Below are positions 51,482-63,629 of a DNA stretch of 64,000 bases, in pieces. The notes beneath the pieces are model-generated. The model did no database searches. It was not told the origin of the DNA and saw nothing but the letters and a program-made list of their open reading frames with translations. Within the stretch, counting starts at the first letter, position 1; the number at the start of each line of letters is the position of its first letter. Origin of the DNA: Vicugna vicugna (Eukaryota); the NCBI GenBank assembly GCA_013265495.1, contig MU058252.1, forward strand, positions 1,832,244-1,896,243, given 5' to 3'. Both the position numbers and the translations under genes were made by a program.

Positions 51482-51567
51482 GTGGTCTACGGAAGCTCAG
51501 GTCCTGATTTCTGAGAAGCCACATTCACATGTAGAAGCTGGAGGAGAGTGGTCTACGGAAGCTCAGG
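51482..51567 (+). repeat. 20-bp direct repeat flanking a 46-bp copy of 53260-53305
   Basis: GTGGTCTACGGAAGCTCAGG occurs at 51482-51501 and 51548-51567. Segment 51501-51546 is identical to 53260-53305. Confidence 0.95.
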
Positions 51568-52165
51568 GGTCGGGGGAGACTTGTAAGGGGCCAACTTGAA
51601 AAGAGGCATCGCTCTGTTGAAGAAAGAGGGCAGTTGGAGCTCCCAGATGAAGAATCTTGAGGAAGGCACAAAACACAGGCACACACACACACACACACAG
51701 GTGTTTTTTCGTTTCTTATGCAACCCAGCAGTACCAATGCCGAGTTGTCCACTGCACCTGCCGCGTGGGTGTAAAATCACCTTTGCCCCTGAAACTCCTT
51801 CCCCTACATCCAGTCTTGGAAGGGTCAGAGGTCAGAGCTGGTGTGTTGGGGATGAAATGCTTGGAGAAACAACAAGAGCTGACCAAGCTTTCCTCTCTGG
51901 TGTCACTTTGCCTGGTGACATTGCAGCAAGGACCCCTCAGCTCTGCCCTCTCCTTTCCCCAGCCTCCACCCTGACTGCCTCTGTCTCTCCCTTACCATGA
52001 TCACGCCCAACCTGAACTCCACTCAAGCATACATCTAAGATAAATCTTTCCGTGGACAGTTTCCATCTCTGGGATTCCTCATGTACAGTGAGTCCTGGCA
52101 CATCTAGGGATGAGACACCAGGCACCGTGGCCCCAGTAGCACACTGGGCAGAAGAAGGGGTACTT

Positions 52166-52300
52166 GGGGGAGGGTATGTCTCAGTGGTAGAGCACGTGCT
52201 TAGCATGTATGAGGCCCTGGGTTCAAGCCCCAGCACCTCCATTAAAAAATAAGTGAATAAATAAACCTAATTACCTGCCCCCTCCATTTTTTTTTTTTTA
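52166..52300 (+). mobile_element. vic-1-type SINE
   Basis: 'ggggagggtatgtctcagtggtagagcacgtgcttagcatgtatgaggccctgggttcaagccccagcacctcc' followed by the tail 'aataaataaacctaattacc'. Confidence 0.92.
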
Positions 52301-52649
52301 AAGAAGAGGAGGCTTGTGGATGCTGGACTAGGCTGGTCAGCAGGGTCTACCTGGTGGGAAGGGCATACAGTCAAATATTTGATCTGGACTGTCATTAGTA
52401 GCAGAATGCCCCAGTGAAGGTTGCAGGGTTCTGGTCCAGATCAGGGAATCTGGGAATGAGGAATCTTCGGTGAGGCTGTCTGCTGGGGCCCCACCACCAC
52501 ACAGATGGTCCTGCTGGATGATGGCTGGGATTCAGAAGCAGAGCCCGGTGCCTGAGGAGAGACTCCTGTGCACTGGAATAGGATGCTGACTTCTTCGTCC
52601 GTATAGCTTAGTTTCACATTACCAACTTCAGTGTGGCAGACTTGATTCT

Positions 52650-52825
52650 AGGCAGGTATTTTCAAACATTGAGTGTGAACAGGCATCACAGGGGGAGCTT
52701 ATGGAAATGCACATATTCCAAGGGTTTGCTCTCACTGTGATCAGAGATTTTGGGGTGAGCCCTGGGAACATGCAGAGTAGAAAGTTTCCCAGATGATACA
52801 ACACATGGTTCCCCAGACCACTAGG
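52650..52825. mobile_element. MER5A-like DNA transposon remnant
   Basis: 'tcaaacattgagtgtg...catcacagggggagcttatggaaatgcaca...ggggtgagccctgggaacatgca...ttcccagatgat'. Confidence 0.6.
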
Positions 52826-54149
52826 CATGTGACTGCGTGCTGACCATTTTATTACAAGACCAACGCAGGCTTCATCTTGCCTTTTCTGTGTTTCTCCCTC
52901 CAAGTGTTATGTAATTAAAGCCGAGCCCGTGGGTGAGCAATTCAGGAGGGGCTGGGGGACCAAGGCTGCAATTAGATTTTTCTGCAGCAGCGTGACAACG
53001 GATTATTTAAGACTGCCGAGAGGCAGGTGGGGACCAATTGTAACAACGTGCAAAATGGTCTGTGAGTCACTCTCCCGTCTTGCTGAATGTTTGCCCACAT
53101 GGAAGATTTTTTCCATCACTCAGTAATGATGCTAAGAAATTGTGCTTCCTCCTTGGAACTGCCCACTGAGTAATTTATAGGACCTGGAGGATGAGGAGAG
53201 TAATTAGGTTTTGTGTTTTGTTATTGCTGGGTGATTCAAATGCCGCTGTTCCCTTGTCAGTCCTGATTTCTGAGAAGCCACATTCACATGTAGAAGCTGG
53301 AGGAGGTTGACGGTTTCCCTGCAAAACAATGTCTTCGGAGCTGGTTTCCTTTCTGCACACTGCCTGCTTAAAAATAGAAACCCTGGGTCCCAGAGGGAGG
53401 TGGGAGCAGAGTCTCTGGGTGCTGAACAGCTTTGGTAGCTTAGGGAAAACATTCCTTGTTTTCGGTACAGGAGACACTGCTTCCAACAGGTGGAAGCTGG
53501 GTGGGCGGGGTGGGGGGAAGCTGTTGTAATTATGTTTCTTACTGGTACAAATTACTCCTAGGACACTCTTTGACTGGATGAGGTGAACACCAAATTTGCA
53601 CACGAAGAAGATGCTCTCAAGGAGATGCTAATGTGGTTTGTGTCGTGTTTTTCAACAAGGAGAGCTTCGAGATGGCCTAGAATGTGTTTTTCTTTCCCTT
53701 GGAGATAACAATACTCCTGTGAGCTACAGCCTCAAGAACAGAACAAAGCAGACCAGCCTGGTGTGGGACTGGAATTACGCATTTGGCTGCCTGAGCGCTG
53801 TGGCGAGGTGGCCTCATTCATTCCGTGTGCATTTACAAGGAGCTCCGTGCCAGCTACTCTCTCAGCACCGGGCACGCACCGGGGACGGAACAGCCCACAC
53901 TCTGCGGCTTACATTCGGATGAGGGGAGAGGATGACTCCCTGGCCCTTACCCTGCTGGTTTAGGCAGGACTTCGGACAGGCTGATGAAACTCTCTGACTG
54001 TGACTTTCCTAACTGTCAAGTGACTTCCCTGTGCTGACTGCACGTCCCCAGTCTTCCCGGGTATCCGAGTCACAGGAATGACTGACAAGCACGAGCCCCT
54101 CCCCGTGGACTCTGATTCAGCATTTCTGGGCCAGCCTTGGGCAGCAGAA

Positions 54150-54447
54150 TGCGCCTGAGCCACTCGGGGAATTTCAAACGCTCTAGCAGCCACATTGAAA
54201 AAAAAGGCATAAAGAAAGAAGTCAAATTCTAATCTTTTATTTGATCCCGTATATTCAAAATTATGTCATTTCAAGATGTAATCAATGTAAAATAGTAATG
54301 AGGTGTTTTGCATTCTTTCTTGGTGCGAAGTCTGCAAAATCCGGTGTGTATTTCACTCTGACACCGCCACTCAATTCGGAATCGCCACGTTTCCAAGTGC
54401 TCAGTAGCCACCTGTGGCTGGTGGCCACCGTCGGGGACAGCCGAGGC
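54150..54447. mobile_element. hAT-Charlie MER33-like element
   Basis: 'ctagcagccacattgaaaaa...tgcaaaatccggtgtgtatttcac...ttccaagtgctcagtagccacctgtggctggtggccaccg'. Confidence 0.8.
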
Positions 54448-54734
54448 CCACCCCGAGCTTCGGAATCTGGACCTTTGATAAGCGGTTCCGATGGTTCTTA
54501 CGGCGGAGCAAGTGTGGACAGACTAGAGCAGACGCCCTCCAAGGGCGCTCCCAAGCCTCGTATTCTGTTAGGATGTCAGCGGAGGGGAGGGGGTGACATC
54601 GGAGCATCTGCCACGCAACTGTCGCTGTTTCATGTTTTCAGAACATCAGTTTCGTAACTTATTTAGTCTCCTCTGCCTTCCCCTCCCCTCCTCTGTGTGG
54701 TTCAGCTGCGAGTCAGGGCCTCTTGGGAATGACA

Positions 54735-55045
54735 CAAGGACGCCAGAGACGCTCCGAAGAGGAAAGCTTGAGATGATCAAGGGGATGAGGAGGCTGACTT
54801 GGGAGGACAAACTAAGAAGAACAAAACTCTTCAAGCTAGAAAAAGACAGCTGAAAAGTCAGGGAGATCAAAGTCTGTAAAGTCATGAAGTAAGAGCAAGA
54901 CTGAATTGGTGCGTCCTGAAATCCCCGACCAGCAGAACAAAGGGGCCGACTGGGCAGCCTGAAATCGTGACCCTTAAGACAAATAATGAGGAAAAAGTAC
55001 TTCTTTAGGCAGCAGATTATAGAATTGAGAGAACTCATGCCCTGT
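54735..55045 (+). mobile_element. CR1/L3 LINE ORF2 C-terminal remnant
   Basis: 'EMIKGMRRLTWEDKLRRTKLFKLEK' and downstream 'RKKYFFRQQIIELRELMP' resemble the CR1 ORF2p C-terminus (KMIKGLE.LSYEERL..LGLFSLEK ... RKYFFTQRVVNLWNSLP). Confidence 0.75.
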
Positions 55046-55075
55046 CTCCTTGGTAAGTAGTTAGGTTTGGTTTTA

Positions 55076-55205
55076 AGCTTTTTGCAGGGGAGGAGAGATG
55101 GGTAACTAAGTTTATTTATTTCTTTAATGGGGGTACTGGGGCTTGAACCCAGGACCTCATGCAGCTAAGCACACGCTCTACCACTGAGCTATTACCCGCC
55201 CTCAC
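55076..55205 (-). mobile_element. vic-1-type SINE with 13-bp TSD
   Basis: A and B boxes on the minus strand. TSD AGGTTTGGTTTTA at 55063-55075 and 55206-55218. Confidence 0.92.
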
Positions 55206-55339
55206 AGGTTTGGTTTTATTTAGAACACTTTCCTTCTGTCTATCCATCCACCCACGCATACATCTGTTCGTTACACTTTGTAAGGATCTATTCTGTGAAA
55301 TGGGTTTTGTTAGAGGTTTTAATATGTAGAAGTTCATTG

Positions 55340-55480
55340 AACATACATAGCAATCCTGCAAGGAAGATACTGCTGTATCTGTTTCACAGATAGCATAGCA
55401 GGCTCAGAAAGGTTACGTGACTTGTCCAAATCCATTTGGCTGACAAGTCGTGTTAGTTCTTGGGTTAAAACTCCAAGCAT
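55340..55480 (-). mobile_element. MIR SINE
   Basis: 'gtttcacagat...aggctcagaaaggttacgtgacttgtccaa'. Confidence 0.65.
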
Positions 55481-58400
55481 TTTAGCAAAGTCCAGTGGTC
55501 TTTGCAAAGGACAGGAGGTGGGGCCAGATGTCTACGACTAACTCAGAGCGCTCTCATGAGCAGACTGGGAAGGGCCTCCCCTCTCAGAGGGTCTGTCACC
55601 AAGGCTGAGTTCAGCACACCTGCCAGGACCTCACAAGACACAGCCAGCACCCCTGTGCCCCACCCTGCACAGGGTTGTGGACCCCCCTTCTGAGTTGCTA
55701 TCACATGGTTGTAGATGTGTTCCATCAGTTTGGTTTGTTGAGCTTTCTTGGGGTAACACAGTATGACAAACTTTAGGAGATAGAAACTTTTAGCATCACA
55801 ATAGTACATAGTATGGCAACCAGCAAAAACCATTAAGAGCTTCTTCTCCAACCTCCTGCTCACAGTACCGGCCCAGCTGCTGTGCGTTAGCGGCCTTGGC
55901 CAGGGCTGGGATTCGAACCGACATGCGTACTCCCCATCCAGAGCTCCTTCCGGGCTGGTGAGCTCTGTAAACCAGGCCCTTTCACTGCTCTCCAGCTTGC
56001 AGAGTGACTCGGAATTTGACACTGCTTTTCTTAACATTTGATGGAGATGCATGAAGTATGTCATATTGGAGTGAAAATCATTAGGACTAATACCATGGAA
56101 GAATGATTTACAGCTGGTAATTGAAGAGTTCGTGTCGGTGAAAGTTATTCCGGGGGCTTCAGAGCAGAGGCTGAAAGGTCTTCCCCGGGCCTTGCTGTCC
56201 CTGGTTACAGCGCCTTGCATGCACTGTTTTCTCCAACATCCGGAACGCCCTCCTCACTTGCCTCCCTGTTTGGGCCGCGTTCCGGACACCTGTTCACAGG
56301 ACGCAGCAGGAAGGCAGGTGAGAATCTCGGGACTGGAGATGCACGGGCCGGCAGCCAGTGATCCACAGTCACACGGTTTACTGGGGCCACTCAGAACACC
56401 ACACGGGCTTGTCAAAGTCGGGCAGAGGCGGGTGACGATCACTGCAAGGAGATCCCTGGGCGGGAGGCGTCTCAGGCTCAGTAGCAGGTCTGCCGACCTG
56501 CGTGAGTGGGAAGTCGCCGTCTGCTCCCACACAGCCTCCGTCTGCCCGCGCCTCTCTGGAGCTGGCTCACCCAGCAAAGAGCCCTCAAGCCGCCCGGCTC
56601 CGTGGTCTCTGCTGAAGGCGGAACGTTACCCCAGGGGAGGGGTCTTGGCTCTGTCTGTAGGTCCTTTTGTTCTAGCAACGTACATGACCCACCACACGTC
56701 TTACCTAAAGTAGGTTTCTCAGTTTCCCTCTGCAGGACGCCCGCGGTCCTGCACGGGCATTTGAAAACCCCTAGCGTGGAAGTTCCCACTGGCCACCTTG
56801 ACTCCATTCTGAACTACTTAACACAGCGTAAAGTGTCACACAAGGTGAGGGGGCTCATAACACAAATAAGTCACACCCTAACAACACCCAGTGCACGTAA
56901 GTGTTGTCACAAATGGACCCCGAATCTCAAGCCTTTGATTTGCAGAGACCCTGCTCCTCAGTCAAGGTGCCGTCTGGTGTGGTTGCTGAGTGGCTCTCCT
57001 GAGTGGCCCTCCTGAATGGCTCTCCTGCAGGTGCCTCCTGCACAGGGAGCTCCCTCGCAAGGCTCCCCTGCATCGCTCTGCTTGTGTCTCTCTTACTGAC
57101 GTGGGTCCTCTCATTGGCAGTGACTCTGGGATGGAAACCGTTCCCAGGTGGCAGCTACGCTACGAGTCCCTTCCTTCTAGGCACACAGAGAGACGGAGTG
57201 GGCGGAATCTTAAATTACACCTCAGCAAGGTTGTAACCAGGAAAACAAACGCTTTTAGCTCCTAAGGACCTTTCTAGGATATCCTCCAGAGATCACACTC
57301 ATTAGCTCTGGCAGCTGATTGATCTGGAGGAAGGACTGTGACTCAAAGGCAGGCGGCCTTGGGCTCATTACCAAAGCCAGGGAGGTGGTGGTGAGAAGGG
57401 TGACGCTGACCGTCAGCCGGGCCCCGGGGCAAGGAGGGGGCGTCTCTGTGAGTGGAGGAGTCACACTGGCCTCCTTCTCTCATTCAGGAAAGGCTTTCAC
57501 TCTATCCTGAAGAGCATTCACCCCGAGACACTCACGGAGGGGACACCATGGGCCAGGATGCGTTCTGGGCTCCCCCACTGCTTCATGAGAAAGGCTTGCC
57601 CAGTGGTGTGAGGTCTGATGAGGGGGCTCCACAGTGTGGATCCCAGCAAACCACGAGGCTGGCGCGGATGGAGTAACTGGCCTCAAGGGCAGAAGAAGAG
57701 AATTCCATAAACACGGTCGCCATCATCGGGAAAAAAGCACAGGAAAACTCACAGAGAATGAGCCTCATGAACAGGATTCCAGCTGCTTAGATGTACTGGG
57801 GAAAGCCCAGCCTTGTCCCCTCAGGCCTTAGGGGACAGGGATGGCCGACAGATGAAGGAAAGTCTTAGTCTCCAGCAGGCGTGTCACAGAGAAGCTGGCA
57901 GAAGCGGGTGCTCTGCGGGGCCTGCGCTCCACGGATAGGACAGAGCGTCGGCGGAGAAGGTATCTGATCGGCACGGAGATGCTGCCCACCTGACTGAAGC
58001 CCCTAAGCTGCGGTCCAGGACACCTGTGTTTCCCCCTCCAAGGACAGGACTGGACCCAGAGCCTGAGGCTGGCGGTTCAACGCCTTCAGCTGCAAAGATG
58101 AATCAGCTGGTGGGGCAGGGAGCCAAGAGCTGCCACAGAGAAAGTTCGTGGTCATTAAGTGATGCCCCCGGGAACTGGTGGGAAGGAGGCACCGCCAGGA
58201 AGAGTATCATTGATGTGGGCGGGGCGGTTCCCGGGGCCCTCCTGGCCAAGACCTCCCTGCCTTTGGGATTACAAACCAGCTGCAAAATCCAGGAGGCAGC
58301 CTTGCCTCGCGGGCCCCCTGACGCCCCCTTTGCAGCCTAGTCAATGAGCCCATGGTCATAACTGGGACACGGGGGCCCAGGTGCAGCCTCCAGCTGGCCA

Positions 58401-59714
58401 GCACTCCGCCCCGTGACAGGTTTAGGGATGCCAGGGGACTCTCTTCTCCTCCGGTCTGCCGCTGCCTGCCCGCCTGCCCCGCTGCCTTCACGCCCCCACC
58501 AGAAAGACGGCTCAGGACCAAGGGTGACACCTAAGAGTAGTAGCTCGTTCACTCTTCACTACCACCCTCGACATTTCTTATCCCCAGATAAGACCCTGCA
58601 ACCAAGGGGTTCGTGACGGGCTGGGGGTCGACAGCCTGGGAAAGGCAGAGCCAGGATGCCAGCCTCAGTAGATTCCAGAATGCGTGCTGTTCAGCCTCAC
58701 CTCGCTAGGGAAGGCAGACAGTGTGCTGGGGTTAACGATGGCGCACGCAAATACCTTACCTGGGACTCGTAATTCAACACCTCCCACCTGTAGTCAGGGA
58801 TTTTACGCGGCCTAGCAAGAAAGCACGTGTGCACTGGCTTACATCTCTCAGTGTGGGGCATCCGCGCCCGCTCCACGCTGAGCATTGCACATATTGTATC
58901 GCTGTTTCATAGCTTTGCAACGTAGTTATTATGAAAGTGGGAACTGAAGCACTGAGGATTCACATAACCTGCCTGATTTGCACAGCTGGGGCGAGCCTGG
59001 ATGGAGGTACGTATACCTCCCAGCTCCCGACATCTGTTTGACCTGGCTGTCCCTGTCACCTTACCAGCCCTCTGTGTGTATTCCCAGCCCTCCAGGAAGT
59101 CATCAATTTGCTAAAAATAGTTTCTGTGGCTGATGGGTTTTTAATGTAGCGGCTGCCTCTGGCCCCTCCCTAGAAGTCTAGGACGTCCAAGAGGGGCTGG
59201 GGGTGGCGCTAATCTTAGCAGCCTCCAGGGCTGAGGCTGTGTCTTATTTTTAACGAGGTCAAGGGCAGCCCCTGGGGAAAGGGAGGGGCTGTCTCTCCGG
59301 GCGGTGTCTGGGCGCCTGGAGCTCTCTGCTAATCACCCGTTTCCTTTGCTTCTCACACAGTCTGGGTCAGAGGCAGAGACATCACTCCCCCAGGTAATTC
59401 TTTGGGGTCACGTCTTTCTGACCTGGCTGCCCCCAAATGGGTGGAGGGAGAGAAGAACCTGTGTATCTCTCAGACACCACCTGCCCTTCGAAGCCCTTCC
59501 TTGCACGTCCAACAGGCAGCTTCCTCCCTGAGCTCCGGCTGCCGGGCTCCTCATGGGCAGAACCAGCAAACTCGACCCTGGGAAGACAGACACCAGCGGC
59601 CAGAGGCTGTTTCTGTATCTCAGGCTGCGTGAAAAGCTGGTTCCAGGGGCAGCCTGAGTTTGGACTGACCCCGAGAGAGGGGGTGGGCGGGGCCGCCCCC
59701 ACGGAGCACGGGAT

Positions 59715-59890
59715 GGTCTGGTGGAGCGGACACCAGCTTAGAGCCTGGTTCAGGCACGAACTCGCTCCTGCGAGAAGTGCTTCGCCTCTGAGGGCCTCGG
59801 TGTTCCCGTCTGTGGTGTGGGGCTATCCCCCGTCTCATCCCCGACGTGGGCAGAAAGTCAGCGCGTGGAACTTGGCTCGTGAAGACACAG
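59715..59890 (+). mobile_element. MIR SINE, GC-enriched
   Basis: 'aagtgcttcgcctctgagggcctcggtgttcccgtctgtggtgtgggg' aligns to the MIR core 'aagttacttaacctctctgagcctcagtttcctcatctgtaaaatgggg'. Confidence 0.55.
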
Positions 59891-60159
59891 TTCAGAGCAC
59901 TCTTCTCCATCCTCCGCACGGTCGGTCTGCTCAGCCCGGCTCCCGGGCTCCCCCAGCCGTACCTGCACCCTTTCTTCAGCCGCCTCTGTCCGCACCGCGC
60001 GGGCTGCTGGCTCAGCTCTGCGCTTCCCGGTCCACACCGGCGGGCTCGCTGCCTCGGCCACAACTTCTGCAAACCCCCCCATAGGGCACTCGTGCCACCG
60101 CTCACCTCTGAAGACGGGGAAGGCGGAGGGCAAAGGTTTTGCACACTTCTGCTCCGTAA

Positions 60160-61500
60160 TCCTTTGATTAATGTCAAATGTGTGACTTCGCTGTTAGTTG
60201 TCTACATGTTACTAATTTTTATGGATTCCTGCGTATTGACCCTTTTTATTATTACGAACTGTCCCTCTTTGGCTCTAGCAAAACTTCCCCTCTCTGAATC
60301 TAGTTTATATGATATTAATACTGTCACTCTAGGTCTTTCACAGTGGCTGGCTGCAGAGAGCAGCTTTTTTCAAACTTCCTTGCTCAAGCTGTGTGTGTCC
60401 TTGAATCTGAAGCGCTCCTCCCGTTGACAACATATACTTGCTTCTTGCTCTTTTACCACGCTCGAGAACCTGCGTCCTTCGATTAGCCTGTGGAGAACAC
60501 TCACATCCAATGCAGGTGTCAGCGTGGCTGCTTTTGGTCTCATTCTGCTGTTTGTTTTCTGCAGGTCTTATTTATTCTTTGTTCCTCTGCTTTTTCTTTG
60601 TGTTCGATTTTTTAGTGTGTGATTTTTCTTCTTCTGTTCATTTTTAGGTATATCTTAAACAGTTTTATTGAAGTAAAATTGGTATCTAATAAACTGTGAA
60701 TGTTAAGGTGTATAACTTGATGAGTTTTGACATGAACACATCCGCAAAAGCACCACTGTACCCCTGTGTCTCCCCACCCCTCCCCGCCCATCAACACAAA
60801 ATCATTGGCCTTATTTCTGTCCACATGCATCAGTTTGTATAACTTGGAATTTTACATGAATGGAAACCTACAGTGTATTCATTTTATCTAAATTTACCTG
60901 GCACGATTCTTTTAAAAAAATGATAGGTAAATAAAAACAAGAAGAAACATGGTTGTTTGATGATTCATCCAGGTCGCAGTGTCTCGATAGTTTACTACAT
61001 TAAATGACTAAGTACTAGCCCGTGATGGACAGAGAGATGCGGCTACAGATTTATAAATATACACTACATTTTGCTTATCTGTTCACCTGTTGATGGGCGT
61101 TTGGGGTATTTCGTTTTAGGCTGTTGTAGATAATGCTGCTGCAAATATTCACGGCCACGGTTTTGTGTAGATGCTTATTTTTATTTCTTTTGGACATAAA
61201 GCTAGTAGGGAAACTGCTGGATTGCACGGTAAGTATATTTTTCTAAGATCTGGGATTTGACAATATTTTGCCCCAGTCTGAGGCTTGTTTTTTGTTTTCT
61301 TTATGATGCCTTTTGAAGAGCAAAAGTTTTCCATTTTGATGGAATCCAATTAAGCCAATCTTTCTCTTTTATTTATTCACTCATCTTTTAGTCATTGTGT
61401 GCTATATCTTTTTCCATTCCTTTATTTTAAATTCTTTGATGGTCTCAGCTTTAGTTCTCTGCGTTGTCACAGAGTCCTTTCATCAGTCTGTGGTTTCGCA
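60160..61500 (-). mobile_element. Old L1 fragments (L1M/L1ME-type)
   Basis: Antisense ORF2 pieces ('IKMENFCSSKGIIKK', 'LPCNPAVSLLALCPKEIK') and the old 3'-end motif 'agttttattgaagtaaaattgg...tgatgagttttgaca'. Confidence 0.75.
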
Positions 61501-63629
61501 TTCTGTTTTGATCCACTGTGACAGTGTGCTGTCCTCCACCCTCACGCCTGGCAGTGGTCGGGGCCATCTGCGGAGACTTCGTGTTGAATTCCTCGCGGTG
61601 CCTCAGCCGCACCAAGCATGCGGAAAGGCCCGAGGCACAGCGGCTGCGTTAGTTGCTGTGTTGCTCATAGGTGCTGTCTGCGACAGGATTAAGCTTTAGG
61701 AGTCCCATTCTTCCTTCAGAAAGACAGATGGTGACATCTGAAATATAGACCCTCTGCAGTATAACTCGAAGGCTCAGTGCCTTTGAGTCAGCCAGACTCA
61801 GCCTTGACGTCCGTCCATCCCTCCAAATTCAGAAGAACCCGCAGACGTGCGCTTGTCGAGAACTTACACACGCTTTTGCTCTATGACCCTTAGATTAGCG
61901 TTAGACGTGGCCGCAAACACACGCCCCTCCCCCCTGGAATAACAAGAGGTTACTCCTTGCGAGCAAATGCTCTGCTCGGGCCATCCTGCGTGGGGGAAAG
62001 GCCTTCTCGTGCCATCGCATGGGGACTGTGTTTTCACCCAGTCCAGGAGAATGTGCCTGGTCCCACCAAACCACCCAGGTGCCAAAGCAGCGGGTGAACA
62101 GCGGCGACCTTGAGACGGCCTTCCCCCACGGGTGTCCTGAGCAGCCCTGCCAGCCCACATCTGTGCTAACAGGTGTCGCAGGTCACATGTCTCACGTTTC
62201 CTCCTCGGAGCATCAAGGTGAAGGCCGCCTGAGCAAAGGGCTAAGGTACGTGCAAATGCCCCTGCCGGTGGGTGCACGGTGTGGGGTGCTCTGTTATTCT
62301 TGGCATGCTTGAAACAATCTGAGCTTTAAAAAATATAAAGCGTGCATTTCCAGTCACTCTGAAGGGGCGGGAAGAGGACAGTTTCTAGGAGCGTCTGCTG
62401 TGCGTGTCTTGGGAGCCACCTGTCAACCTTCTGTCCCTTTCCAAGCACCCGTTTCTACTGCTCCTCTGCCTCACCTCTGCGTTCCCACCACTAATCTAAG
62501 CATCAGTCAGCGAGAAGCAGCTTCACCAACACCAGGAACAGGTGTAGAAACGCAGAAAGCCGCGGTGGGGCCCCCTCTGATGTATTTGGGGTTAGATGCG
62601 GCCCTTTCCCTGGGAGTGGTGCTGCAGGACGTGCTGGAAGGCAGAGGAAGGAAGACGGCTCAGGGCAGAAGCCCCGGCGGCGAAAACCACCACGCTTTGT
62701 CCATCTGACACTCCGGTCCTTGGCTAATCATGACCCTGGGCTTTTAGACAATTTTTGATAATGAATATCAAAGGGGAGTAAAGATACTCACTTCTGAAAA
62801 TCACCCCTGCCCTTGGTTTGCTAGAACTGAGAGGAAATTCACGTGTCTGGGGCCACACTGATCAGCTTTCGGGGCAGGTGATGGGCTGCTGACCTCGGTG
62901 GGCAGAGGAGCTGTTAAAAGGCGCCAGTGGGGGCCGCCAGGCTTCCGCGACAACCCAGATGACACCCTCATAGGGACGTGAGGTGCTCACTTGCGTGACG
63001 TCCTCCCAGGAGCAACCATGCTCTGTTGTCTTGGTCCAGGTGTTGGGCCCCCTGGCAACCAATCGTTTGGATTCAGAGCTGTTTGCTGTGGGTCTCCTGT
63101 GCCTTCACAGGCGAGGAAAGGCAGCCATCACTGGGGCTGGTGGGTGTTTAGGCTGGCAAGACTGATCATGAGTGGGACCGATGGGGTCCCTCCTCCTGTG
63201 GACAAGCGAGTGACCCTGAAGATGGCTGTGTCTCGGGGATTAGGCTGAGGGCTGCAGCACTCTACAGGGGCCGAGAAAAGGAGCAACGAGTGATGGCTCC
63301 ACCAGACACAACTCCTGAACGTTGCCCTGTAGCTGGACCCAGGAGGAGGCATCGAGCAGATCTTTTGTGTATTCAGCTTCTTCATTTGGGAAGAGGGCGT
63401 GGGTCAGCGAAGTGGGGGCAGGGGCTGGCATGCTAGGAATATGTTCTAACTTTACTGGGTTTTAAGTGAGTCAAAGGAGGTGGCCTATGCTGTTTAAGAA
63501 GCCAGATGCTTCCAAAGCAAGTTCATCTAAGTCAATTGTCATTGCTTCTCCTCAGAAAGCAGAGACTTTCCTGGGAAATCATTATCAAGTTTAAACGTAC
63601 CAATCTTACACTCTGCAAAAGGTAATCTT

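Noticed and set aside
51482..51567. CRISPR-like repeat-spacer-repeat with a local 'protospacer'
   Set aside because: Mammalian DNA, only two repeats and no cas genes. It is better explained as a templated insertion.
52166..52240. tRNA-like sequence (also at 25730-25797, 36375-36445 and 55130-55205)
   Set aside because: These are SINE heads with AT-rich tails, and two have clean TSDs. They are not tRNA genes.
55543..56220. 225-aa minus-strand ORF with protein-like composition
   Set aside because: It overlaps MIR-like sequence ('gggctgggattcgaacc', about 55900) and matches no family I know. A database search would be needed to rescue it.
56990..57028. Three imperfect copies of a 13-bp unit (gtggctctcctga)
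   Set aside because: An ordinary short tandem duplication with no evidence of function.
58760..58811. Minus-strand candidate exon (ttcttgctag|...CCCAG|gtaagg; PRKIPDYRWEVLNYESQ)
   Set aside because: Isolated splice-like signals occur by chance. The peptide is not recognised and no gene model can be built.
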